From Tubiluchus corallicola (lineage: Eukaryota; Animalia; Priapulida): a DNA stretch of 64,000 nucleotides. The notes under the pieces are model-generated. The model had not been told where the DNA came from and ran no database searches. It was given only the letters and a program-made list of their open reading frames with translations. Each line of letters begins with the position of its first letter. The stretch's first letter is position 1. This document shows, piece after piece, positions 13,210-26,210 of the stretch. A program made the position numbers and the translations under genes. Where the stretch lies: contig JAQGDQ010000109.1 in the NCBI GenBank assembly GCA_030141605.1, forward strand, positions 62,001 to 126,000, written 5' to 3'.

Positions 13210-14756
13210 TTCGAATGTTAGTTGGAATGCTGAATGTTAAATGTTGATTCCTCGTGAACTTACGGACTGGCTAGTTATAAACTTTCAAAAAACTAGACCC
13301 TAGGCGCTGTTGTGTGTTTATAGATCTGCACGATTTTTCTAAATGTCACCTGTCTATTAAATGATAGTAGAAAATACGCACGAGATAACTACGAAATGTC
13401 ACATTTGCATTTCTTCTGCAAATAAGCAAAACACTATTATCTAGTCGTTTGGGTCTAGTTGTTCCTGACGTTTTACACTATTTTATCATTGCACAATCTA
13501 CAGGCATCTGCATGTGTTCCCACAATTCTAATCATTAAAACACCCAAAAATACACGAACTTTTCCGATGTTTACCAACTACAATAATTTCAGAAAAATTG
13601 TTCATCCTGGCCCAAGTTTTATTGTCTTGGGGCCAACAGAAGTTAAAAATTTTTAGGCTAAATCTGTAACTTCAGGGTAAAATAACAAAAGCAAATACAA
13701 GTTGAGATGACTTAACAAATTTATTAATTAATTAGTAGGTTAATTAATTAGTTAATTGTAACAATTTTTTATTTGTAATAATTAGCTGGCTAGTTGTTTA
13801 GTTGTTGGGTAGCTAGCTGATTGGCTGATAAGTTGATTGGTTGCTTAATTGCTTGGCAACAACATATTCGCAAAGCTATTTAACAGACACGCTAACTAAT
13901 TAACTAAATAATCGCTCATTTGTTTGTCTGGCTTTCAGCTGAATGTCTGACTGAGTAGCATGGAAAAATGAATGAACCAAAGAACAAATCAACAAAAGGG
14001 CAAAAGACCAAGCGAAAGAACAAATAAACAAACGATCGAATGAACAAACGGACGGACGAACGAACGAGCAATCAAACAAACAGACGGACGGACGGACTGA
14101 CGTACTGCCTGCCTGCCTGACTGACTGACTGACTGATTTTGGCAGTTTGGCAGTAGAGTGGGTTTAGCAGTTTGAAGGCTGCCGTCTAAGCCCTTTGTGA
14201 CTGTTCCACCTAATATTTTAGTCCATTATAGGTTTTCCAGCATTTTAGGTACTCTCACAAAGGACATCTACCTGCCTTTGCCGTTCCGAGAATGTAAAAT
14301 AACGTCTCATGAACAATTTTTAGGGCTCTTTGAGCTTATTATTTTGTTAATGATCACTGTTAAAGTTTGTTTTCTTTTTCGTTCAGTGTTTAAGGATTAC
14401 AGCTGCGGGAATACATACAGATGCCTGCAGAATGTACGATGATAAAATGGTGTATGATGTCAGGAACGACTAGGCCCAACCGGCAAGATAACTGTGTGCT
14501 ACGCTAAAACTTATTTGCTAAAGATATATAAATATTTAGATTTATTTTATCTCTTGAATACTTTCTACTATCATTTAGTGGACGGGTGACATTTAGTAAA
14601 GTCGTGCAGGTCGCTAGTCGCGTCACGATGACTAGTGTCTAGTTTTTAGAAGGTGCATAACTGGCAAGCCATCTTTTTAATTGAAACACTTGAGCAAGTG
14701 AGCAAGTTACGTTCCCGAGGAATCAGCAACCGGTTTTTATCCGACTAAAATTCAAA
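13210..14756. promoter_or_regulatory. Divergent intergenic region of head-to-head genes B and C; contains two homologous, inverted promoter blocks (13210-13540 and 14400-14756)
   Basis: ATGs at 13209 (-) and 14757 (+). Shared blocks such as GGGAA(T/C)ACAT(A/G)CAGATGCCTG, TGATAAAAT, GTCAGGAAC(G/A)ACTAG and AGATAA are present in both. Confidence 0.6.
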
Positions 14757-17595
14757 ATGCCATTCTCTGTACGAGCTACAGTACTGACGATATTTGCCGC
14801 AACTGGTAAGCTAGAAAACATGTACACCGCTTTTACTGATAAGTAAAAGGTTGCTCGTAAGCACCTAATAATAATGATAATAGTTTAATTATTTATCCCA
14901 ACACTAATATAATTGTTACTGTTTTTTACAGTTGCAGGAATTGAATATTTTGACATGCAGCCTTCCAGCACGGCGGTTGTGCCAGGCTCAACAGCGGAGC
15001 TTGAATGCAGAATTAATATGGACGTCGTTCCTGTCCTTAGTTATAATGTGACCTGGGTCAAAGACGGAATTGTCCTCAGTATCACTGGAAGAATATCTTA
15101 CATTTATGACAATCCACTAATACAGGGATTGCACAGTATTCGAATCGATGATGTTAATTTATTAGAAGACGATGGGACCTATGTTTGCCGATTTTTCAAA
15201 GTTCCTGACATTGAAGAGGATTCCGATCCAGCAAGGCTTACTGTAATAGGTAAAATTCTATTATAGTAAAACAGATAGACAAGGTACACGAATGAACAAA
15301 CAGACAGGCAGACTGTCGCATTCTTTGGCTAACAATTCTCTACACACAAGAAATTAGTTTGTGAAGCGGATTAAGATTAGATTTAGGATTAGAGTTAGGG
15401 TTAAGGTTAGGTTAGGGTTAGGGTATTTAAATTGTGTCTGCAACTGCTTCCAATTCTTTTCACGTTTCTATGGATACACGTTTCTATTTTGGTCATGTCA
15501 ATAGTGAAATTTACAGATAGGCTCATGGCACACCAAATATTTGTACGACAAAATTTCAAAAACGGATAATTGTTCAAATGATTAATTGCACAGATTACAG
15601 CAATTAAAATATCCAATCTCAAGTTCTGTGCCCAGAATGCATATGCAATTCCTGTATGCAGTATCTAGTTCGAGAAACACATCATTAGTTTTACTGATTG
15701 TATTTGAAGTTTGCTCATGCGCTCATAAGTTTGGCACATATCTTGCTTGGCTCCTTTAATGCATCAAGTATTTTGGGTGAATTTGGTATATTTTACAAAC
15801 AATCCCACGCATTTGTTAAAAAGTAACTCGCTTCAATGTTTAACGATGTTTAAGTCCTTAATACTTATTGCTTTTCAATATTAACCATGTGTGCTATAAA
15901 CTATACAATTTTGCTTTGTAAAAACTTATTGATACTTATAAAATGACTTGATTTAATCAATAAACAAAAGAAATGCAAAACAACTGAAAAATCTTTTGTT
16001 TGAGCCTGCACTCATAATTACAACCAGAGTTACAACTGTTTTTCAATGTAACTGTCACGATGCAAAGTAGCTGCAACGAAATTACTTATTACATTCTTTT
16101 TGTAACAGTACAGCCACAGGAAGTGGAGCTGTTTTTAAACGAGGAGGAAATATTAACAAGTGATGTTACTATCTTGGCTAACAATCCAAATGAAACGTTC
16201 AAATGTGTCGTTGCTGGAACCAATCCAATTCCTGAAATTAAATGGCATTTGGGTAAGTGCAGTTGGTTAGTTCGAAATTGATCCAATCATGTGTAAAGTT
16301 ATACTTCCAATTTCAACAAAGCAATGCAATCATCTGCAAAATAATTGCTAGGATTCAGTAGTTAAAATTTAGAGATTAACTTTTAACTTAATTTATTTAT
16401 TTAACCTCTCAGATATCATTGAGCACCACAACTGTCGATAATGTGTTTCACCTATAGTCCTACACTAATACCATTTTGAACTTTTTTGTGGGAAATGCAT
16501 CTGTGCAGTCAACATTGGGTTACAATCTGCAAGTTATTAATGTAAATGTAATGGTAACTGCGACAAATGTAATTATTTAAAAATTAAAAGATTCATTTGT
16601 AAGAAAGCTAGAGAGCTTACATGGGTCGGCTCAGAGCCTCACTCTTTCATTTGCTCAAGATGTTTTAAACAGCTTAACTTTTCAGACAATCAGCAGTTAA
16701 ATGATATTCAACAACATGTATTTTGCGAATAATTTGTGATCTTGTAGCATAAAATCAAATTCAATATCGCGTAATGTACGTTGACTTAATGGCGCTTTTT
16801 AATTATGTAGAGATATGAGTTTTTAACAACTAACCGCCTTTGTTGTTTGTTATTTATTTTTGCAGTTAACCCAATGAATCTATTGTATTACGATGTCAAA
16901 TTAAAAAAAATCATATATATAATATTTAGCTGATTTTTGTCTTTTTAAAGTTCGTGACCATGCACAAAAGTTTAAAAATTGTTGCCACAAGAAGGATTGT
17001 TGTGTGTCATTTATTTATTTCATTGTATCATTTAGGCGAAGAAGATATTTCTTTTTCCTCCAGGCAAGAAGACTTTTTCAACAGCTCAACTATACTGAGT
17101 ACATCAGTGAGCACTCTAAATCACGCGTTTGGTTCAGGAAAAAATGGTGACAATGGGAAGATAATATCTTGTCGTGTAGTGGTTGACGCGTTTCCAATTC
17201 CCACTCCCAATATTCATTTGAACGTTCTTTGTAAGTAGTCAAAAATTGTTACGCAAACATACAGACGAATATCATGCTTACAACAACTAGCTTAATAGAT
17301 AGTGAAGAAACAAGTGTTAAAAATTGGGTCCAATCAGCTCCTGTCTTCAGGTAATTGATAATTGCCCGTTCTGCCATTATTGTCGTAAGCGTGATATCTT
17401 AATGTATTTTGAATACACTAAACAGTAGGAGTTGGTCATAAGCGTCTTTGCCTTTCTGCAGGTATCCAAGACAAACATAAGGAGGAACTTTTCAGACGCA
17501 TACACACACGCGCGCGCGCACGCACGTACTCCCACACGCACGCACGCACACACACACATGTGAGGCTCTGAGCCAGCCCATGTAAGCTCTCTAGC

Positions 17596-17679
<84 letters not shown>

Positions 17680-20600
17680 GCACGCACACACACACGCGAA
17701 CGCACTTACGCACAGAATGTTCTAATTTTAAGTAATTACCAAAAATACCGAATCCATTTTTGTAGCGTATCAATTTAATGTTTTTCCCATTTAATGCATT
17801 TGGTGACTTTGGCCCAAAAATCAATCAAATCAAACTATATGGCTGCATTAATATTTGCCAGTAACTCCCACAAGGTCATGAACGGAGTCAATTCAAGGCT
17901 AACTAAGCTGGTGGACGCAGATGACGGCCAGGCTTATCAAAACGAAAGTCCAGAGAAAAAGAGACTGATGGAGCCCTGTTCCAGTTAAAAGAACAAACGG
18001 CAGGAAATATCCACAATAAACTTAAATCTCATCTCTCCCTAGATTAATCTATTGGTTAGAACGTAAGAAAAGAAATATTTACATCCTAACAAACGTTGTA
18101 ATTTGTAATTTATTATCACTTCAGCATGTGTTTTTACATTGCAATTTGCATTATTATATTTATAACTTTTTTGCCCCATAACTAGGAAAATGAAATATAG
18201 TTACAATAATTGTAACAGAACTACATTAGATTACTATAGCGTGGTATAGTTAGGGAAAAAATTAGAAATATAATTACAAAAATTTAACAGAAGTATATTA
18301 ACATAGTTACTAAACTACATAGTAGTTTGTCAACAAGAAATAGATGCTGCATGGTAATCAAGAAGCAAAGCTTGTAAGACCACCATGTAAGCTTGTACAG
18401 TTTGTAAGCTTCATAATAACGTAAATAAAACGCATCTATTTTACCTGGATGTGGCAAACAGAAACTTTAACTAAATTAACTAAAAAAAACAGAAATACAC
18501 GTGTGCAGTATTAAAGCCTGAAAAGCTTGGCCTTCGAAATCCTAATGGGAGCGCTGCCTTATCTGGAAGACATGACCTGAACTCAATGTGTACACTGTGC
18601 TGGGGGTCACCTGGTGGTAGAATAAGTACTATATTCACTAAACGGGATACCAGAAAGCAAAGCATCTACAACAAAGAAACCATTAAAATATTTTTAAAAA
18701 TCGCGAGGAAAACTCACTTCTGAAATGAGACTTTTCCGTCCGTTTGCAAAAATCCTTTACCAAATGTTCTTTGTCTACATATTAATTTTCTGAAAGTAAT
18801 TTGTAAAGCTGACTGTCCCATTGGTGTTATGACTGACCAAGAACGAGTGATATTAATATAGGGTCCTGCAAAAAGCCTGCTCAATTCATTTCGACTAACT
18901 TGTCACACTTTTCCAGATCCACCACAAAATGCACATTTGAGTATTGCTAGCGGAAGTTCGGAGATGATTTTAGGTTCCACTTTGGAACTAAACTGTGAAA
19001 GTGATGACAATCCAGAAGCAATTTACACCTGGAAACTAGATGGAAGCGTCTTGTCGCACACTGGATCTGTGCTTCAGATACCAAAAGTAGAATACGCAGA
19101 TGCTGGAGAGTATGAATGTCAGGCCAGTAATATTCTTGGTTCCCACAGTTCAAATAAAGTAGAAATTTCTGTTAGTGGTACGTAAAGTAGATGTTACAAT
19201 AAAGCCTCAGTGCGTAGACATATTTATTACAAGTCAGTTACTGATTTTCCACTTTGGGAAAGTTTACTATTGTTTAGGTAGACTGACATTTAAAAAAATA
19301 CATTTTCTGGAAGGTTTTGGTTCTGTCGCATCATTACTACAGCTAAATCAACAGAAACTGCTCTTATACAATATACATGGTCATGCTGCTTAAGTGGTCT
19401 TAATTGTCGGGCATTAGATATAACACCACAGTGATCATTTTCTTCATCGTCACTGTCACCTTCGTCATTATTACCACCATCAACGCGATCATCATCTTCG
19501 TCGTCGTCGTCGTCATCATCATCATCATCATCATAATCACAATCATCACGAGCAGGCCTGCAGGCTACCATAGCCCGTCCTCAAATGGTTCTCATTAATG
19601 TACAGTTGAATTTGTCAGATACAATCATATTATTTCAAACCATGACAGTACTTTGGGAAATAATCTCTGCTTTGACTTTGCCTTTTTGGAATTTGCCTTC
19701 TTTAGCTTTCCTTTTTTCAGCTTTTCAGTTATTTACTTTCTATCTTTACATAATGTTGATTTTTTAACTTTTCTTTGCCTTTTTTCTCACTCGCCATTTT
19801 ATTTTCGTCCGCCTTATTTATCTTTTTGTCTTTTTACCATTTTTACTGCTGCTTTTTCTTTCAGCCATTTATTCTTTATTCTTTTCAGACACTCTTCAAA
19901 TTACTGCAGTGCAAAACTGATGAAAGTTTTTTATGCTCGCCCCTGCCTAATAACAAATCTTATGCATACATTGCAACTCTATAATGTTATTATATGTCGT
20001 CATTCTTCAAAAATCATCAAAATTTTCCTCCCTATTCCACAAGCAGGAAACATGGAGCTGATAAGGAGATACCTGTTTTATGTGTTTCTTGCTGATTTAA
20101 TAACATCAGTGATTTTATTGTTTCAGCTTTGGCCTTTACCGCTGACGAAATTACCGATTATAAACCGAAAGGAGATATAATCATATTTAAGGATATCGTT
20201 ACCGATACAGGGAAAGCATATAACACTTCTACAGGTATGCGTCTTTAGTTAATCATAGCGTTAGATCAATTTAACGTTTACTTTTATGGTAACAGCTTTT
20301 CTGTTGGTATAGTTGCTGTTATTGCATTTAGCACTTACCCAACTTTGCTTAGCGGTGGTAGAAGTAAGGACAAAATGGCAACGCAGGAACGAAACTATTA
20401 TTCAGAAGTAGCCATAAATCGTACTCGCAGTGTTCTGGAATAGCCATGCGTATTCAGCCCACTGTTTCAAAATAGCTGTGCATTTTAACATATTGTTCTC
20501 AAATAGCGAAGAATCGTCAACTTAGGGTGTTTATCAATAGTTTTTTAATCAGTTGTGCCTCTTTAGCCAGGCATTCTATTGTCCGGTAGGCATTGGTCCA

Positions 20601-22591
20601 TTTTTGTCACAGCTATCATTCCTATATCTCTGTGCAGTGAGGGAAATGCCCTTTCTGTCATACTTATCATTCATGTTGCGCCTGTCATTAAACGTGAACG
20701 TTCTTGGGTTATTTTCTGTCGTCTGTTTGAGGCTGTCAGAAAGATCTCCCACATTGTTTCAGTAGCCTCCTTAACTTGTTCATTTTCAAAAATCTCAACC
20801 AAGCAAAGTGCTTTTGTTTTTCAGCAGGTTTGCTTAACACGCTTTGTTAAGTATGTAAGGTTCTGTGCCAGGCAAATTCTTTCACCTCTGTTTTCGAAGT
20901 GTTGCTCACCTTTCCAAACTTTTTCGTACTTTCAGAAGCAGATGAAGAGTCTGAATCCAAATATAGCTTTTCTGATACTAGAAATTTTTTGCTTTTGTAT
21001 CTACATCATGGCTATGGCTATAAGCAGCAATTCTTTAACAAGTTCTTTCTTTTCTTCCTGCTTGCATGTAGCAAATTGCGAAATTGTTTCAATTTCTGTT
21101 TAGCAGCATCATGCTTTGCTTAATATGTTAAAAGAGAGTGTCCAAGCTTGAGTGTTGGAGAAAAGTGCAGACTTTTTAACAGAAATGGCATGCCCTATCA
21201 GATCTAATACGTAGCTACCTAGATGACTGGTTCCTTGACGAAACCACTCTGACTTATAGGACCTGATGATTATTCGAATTCTTTTTAGGATTTGCAAGGC
21301 ATTATAGGCTGCTTTGTTTAGAAAAAGCCAATGATATCTTCGTCTTTCGGGATGGACTTCTGTTATGATAGGTGTAGAAGCCGTTTGATGTCACCCTTCA
21401 AGATGCCCATCTCGTTTTGGAGTTCAGCTGCTAGGCAATTCTTCACGTCCCGTAGTGGCTTTCGTCAAATGTGCCCACCTTAGATTCCAGACTCAGTGTC
21501 TCTTATGAAAAGGGCGAAAAAACGATAGTTTATCACTCATTCGTACTTGCTCAAGGGGAGAGTCTGGGTGTACATGATTACTTTTGCCGTTGAGCCTTGA
21601 GTGTAGAGGTTCGGAGCTAGTAAATGAAGGAGCTATTATTTATTAAAATTAAACTTTTGTTATAATATAATTGTTGCTTGAGGATTATAGTAGTAATTAC
21701 AATCGCTAATTTAATTTACACTTTCTAGGAAAATTTACGGCGCCTCTATCCGGAACGTATTTCTTCCTATTGCATTTGACGTCGGACTACAACATGGACT
21801 ATACTAATAGTCTAGCAACTATTTCTCATAACGGAAATGATGTCGTGTGGGTGAGATGTTCAGGTATGTGTCGGACTTGTGTCACGACAATACTGTGTTT
21901 AAGTTAGTCTCTACTTTGCTACGTGACAACCTTGAATGAAAACATAGTAATTTTCTGTGTATTTAGCGTATTGTCTACCGTCATGTTTGCATGGTTCAGC
22001 TTTGTGAATTTTTCCCGTTCCATTATGCAACAGGTGAATGGATTTCAGCAAAATATGCGTGTGTGAGTTTGAATATGTAGAAGGTTCCACTGAGTTCCAC
22101 TCTGCATTCTCAGCCGGTTTAAAAATGGGTAAACTGTACTAATTACAATAATTATTCACACTAACAAAGATAAAATTAATTTGTATACAATCTTATTTGC
22201 CGGATACGCCTACATCTGTATGCAGTTTCAATAATATTAAATAAATTCATTTTAACGAACATCGTGGGTTACACTTTCAAGGCCTTTTTCTATAAGACTG
22301 CCTTATTTTGCTAAAAGCTGAATCGAACAGGAAACTTCAGGAGTTCACACCATACAGTGTTTTTTCCAGGTTTGCTTAGTCGTTTGTGGGCTAAATACGT
22401 GTAAAATGTATCATTTTAAGACTACGTGACATTTTTTCTTCCTTACAGGATATGATGGTAGATATCATTACACGGCAAATTCAGCTATTTTAAACGTGAA
22501 AAGTGGAGACGAAGTTTATATCAAGTATCTGACCGGCACCTTTTCATATTACGGCGCTAATTCATTCAGTGGTTATTTAATTGGTGGTTAA
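14757..22591 (+). CDS. Secreted 3xIg + C-terminal globular C1q protein, paralogue C (8 exons, 450 aa)
   Basis: Exons: 14757-14805 (MPFSVRATVLTIFAAT), 14932-15249 (Ig1), 16109-16252 + 17036-17230 (Ig2), 18917-19177 (Ig3), 20127-20234 (ALAFTADE..IIFKDIVTDTGKAYNTST), 21729-21863 (GKFTAPLSGTYFFLLH..), 22449-22591 (..LNVKSGDEVYIK..NSFSGYLIGG*). All GT-AG, phase 1, 1353 nt open. AATAAA at 22767-22772. Confidence 0.92.
17500..17697. repeat. (CA)n microsatellite
   Basis: Direct reading; intron 4 of gene C. Confidence 0.95.
20127..22591 (+). other. Globular C1q domain of gene C (three exons, missed by the ORF track)
   Basis: Exons 20127-20234, 21729-21863 and 22449-22591 translate to gC1q motifs (TGKFTAPLSGTYFF, VKSGDEVYI, FSGYLI). 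Confidence 0.9.
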
Positions 22592-25500
22592 ATATCTACT
22601 CAAGAAGGGCACAACCATGTTTACCCGCTCATTATAACTTTTTAATTTAGGTCTGATTACTAAACAAACTAGTAAAAATCTTAATGTTAAATTAGAATTT
22701 CAGTTGTTTCTTGTATTGCTGGGATATACCAGCGAAATGAGTTATCTTGCATAATTCTGACTGTTCAATAAAATGTTGAATGTTCATATTATTATTATTA
22801 TTATTAAAATTATTATTATTATTATTATGTATTAATGATTGATATGTATGGATTATATTATGTCAGTTAGTATTAAGATTATTATTAGTATGTATGTATT
22901 GATTATGAGTTATTGACTATGTATTGATTCTTATAATGTATTCAGGATTGATTAGTGTTAGGAATATTATAATTATTATTCGTTTATTCATTTATACATC
23001 AGATGTTGATGTATGGGGTATAGCTTATTAACGTGTTGATATGTATGAATTATTATAATATTGATTGATATGTATTAGTTATTATGATAACTTTTCAATG
23101 TAAACAATGGTTTATTATTATTATTATTATTATCATCATTATACCACTGTATTTATTGAAACATGTAATGATGATATATTTGAACATTATGAATGACATT
23201 TTAAAGTTTGTTATTTAGAGTTTATGTCCACATTACACATGTACACACATAGACTCAGGTTAGACAGCAAATACGTAGGTCAAATAATGTATGCACATGA
23301 TCACATTTTGTAACATCCTAATCATGTAACACTACACATATACATTTATGTCGTGTACGCATGGTTACATGTATACGCAGGGCACTTACATGTATACACA
23401 TTAAACATCAGTTAAGAAACACCAAACATTGTAATAACGTACGGACAGGTTGCTATACTAGTGAGACTTCACTGGTCACAAATTATTTTGGTGAAATACT
23501 CACGAACCTAATACAATGACTCATGCAGCAGTTAGTACTCATACGAATACAATTCACTGGCAGTAGTATACCAAAAGCTGACTAACGTTAACAGTGGTGT
23601 GAGGAATTTAGGATCTCATAACATCAGACTGATTTTTATTTATTTTTTATAAGCAACGGACGAGTATTATAATTAAGCGCAAATATTTTAGATTTGCTAA
23701 TTTTTCAAATATTTTATATTTATTAATTTTTCATAAAATTAAAATATTGCTTAATTAATTACTTACAAGTTAGAAATATAAAACACCTTCCATATGCAAT
23801 ATAATGTTAGTAAACATATAATGTTAAACACGAACCGCAAATGTGTAAACACATCCGCACTGCCATAAGGACTGGCACGCTACTGGATCAGATTACATTG
23901 CTCCAGCTTATATAGGTATCTCGCAATGCTGCTGACCAATGATTAGTCAATGCTGACCAATGGGCGGTTGATTGACAGAAAACGGTCACTGTGAGCGGAT
24001 GACTTCATGATTGACTGATAACTGTCACTGTCTTGCAAGCAGCCAATCAGTGTTAAGCTAACTGTTGTCAAGTAAATGCTCTAAGAATAGTTGCTGACTG
24101 TCGTGACGCTAAAGTTGTTACTGGGGCGTTTTGGGGAGAGCCAACAACCGACATTGGCAGGTTTATCAGACTACTTTTGAACTTGCGATGTTCATGTTGA
24201 AACAATGGATGAAAACATGGTTTAACTTTGCAATCTGTATTTTACTCAAAATCATAGTCTCATAGTCAATCCACATATACACGAAAATGGTGAACATAAT
24301 CAACAGTAGTAAACAAAAGTTAAAGTAAATCCATCAGCCAGTATATCATGGCATCTGAGTCAAAACGTTATTATAACCACACAATTGTTTAAGCTTATTG
24401 CTTTCTTTCTAATCTTGCTACCAAGTGTGAAAAACTACTACATTCACAGAGAAGCCCAGTTCCATACAAACACATAGCAGTACCAAGTACAAACATATAT
24501 TGGAAACTTCCAAGTGTAAAAACAGATGTCAGCACTGACTTATTGGTAATGAAAAACTAAAGTTTAAAACTACAAATCAAAATAAATAAAAAACTGTAAA
24601 GTAAATGCTCGCATCTGCGACACTGACCATGGACTATCAAGTCAGCAGATGAAGCGAGCCAGTAGAAGACAGTACTAAGAATAGAATTGATGTTAGATGT
24701 AAAAATAGACTTTCTAAAAATAACACAGAAAAGCGTATATAAGCAGTGTCAAAATGCTGCAGGATATATAGAGTTGAGAAGAGAGTTTATGCCTTGTGCT
24801 TTATTCATGTGTATTTACTCTCGCTTTAGTTATGGATGTTATTGTACTACAACGAACTATGCGATCACACTTTATGTATGAGCTCAACGTTTCCATACAA
24901 TAAAGTAAAACACTACAACTCGGCGCTAAATAACAAGACAATGTTACAACGCAACGTTATTATTATACGATAAATTTTTATCCAGGTAAATACCAAGTAA
25001 TTTCTCCTATTTACTTTCATCAATACTTGTCATTAGCGTGCAAATGTAAAGGTGGTTCGGAAGGCTTAGAGCAACCAGCCATGCATTGAAACTTGCTAGG
25101 GTTAGATTCAAAGATATTTAGGCGAAACCTGTTGATGGCATTAGTTAAATCATTTTCGAAGACGGCTGTCATCTCCCAGTGGATTTGCACCTATTGCTGA
25201 TAATGTATTGTCATCAGCGCAGTTAATCAGGTAGATGTCGTCAGTAAACACGGCAGTGAACGTTATACAAAGTAGCAAACGTTACACAAGTTCTATACGC
25301 AACATCGCTCGTCGGTATCTCTCATAGAAAAAAAGATTAAAACTCTTAAAATTCACACTTCGTTTGGGCTGCAAAAACATTAGATAACACTTAAATAACA
25401 GCATAATACAGTAAATTAATATATGAAGCTTAATTAATGCATGATCGACGTTCGCTTACAGATAGAGATGGATAGACAGATAAACATTATTTTCGTCTCA

Positions 25501-25964
25501 TCTATAAAACGTTCAAGTACAGGTATCACAACTGCAGCAAATAGGAGCTCAATTTTGAGCCGCAAGAGACCAAAATTTCATATAGTTAAAATAAAACAGT
25601 AAAAGGAAAAGTGAATTGCCCGTGGAACAATTATATCATGCATGATGGAACTAATCCAAGTTAATTAAATCTTGATACCTAAGATTGAAAGACAGAAATT
25701 AAGAAAAGGTTGGGATGCAGCCTAGTTTTGAACCAAGGACCAGGTTTAAATCCATTAATAGAGTTATTAATCAAGAGAATGTGTAAGAAGTAGGGAGAGA
25801 ATAGGTCCAGTTAATGACAAGTCACAGAGAGGCGAGCTTAGAATTCCTGACTCACCGGGTGTCTGAGGTGTATCAGGAGAGTTGACAGCCATGAACAAAA
25901 AACTTGCCTTGTTATTCTAATGGCTGTCAACAAAAAAAACATGTGTGTCATACGAGCTGTGAGC

Positions 25965-26210
25965 AAGGGGAAATCCACATATAACTACATCAAGTTTCTG
26001 GCCTATTTCGAGGATCTACCTGCCTTGCATAATAATGGCGTTATCTACCACCACCTACCTATCCCTTATATGCTGCTAGCACGCACTTGTGAAAAGGGTG
26101 AAGTCAAACAACGATATCATGACTAAATCACCTGCCTACCTTGCATTATAAAGGTGTTATCTCGTCTCGTGCCACCTACCTACCCTAAATTTGATAACGT
26201 TATTATGTGA
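25965..26210 (+). repeat. Interspersed repeat, related to 50550-51005
   Basis: Shared blocks ATCCACATA..ATCAAGTTT..ATTTCGAGGA.CTACCT.CCTTGCATAATAAT and ACGATATCATGACTAA..CCTACCCTAAA. Confidence 0.75.

Noticed and set aside
15375-15425. TTAGGG/TTAGG telomere-like run
   Set aside because: Short, degenerate and intronic; typical of interspersed repeats, so not evidence of a telomere or of taxon.
19341-19560. Possible Ser/Thr-rich mucin-like linker exon between Ig3 and C1q (and its homologue near 7400-7570)
   Set aside because: The Ser-rich frame has in-frame stops in both genes, and direct Ig3-to-C1q splicing is already in phase.
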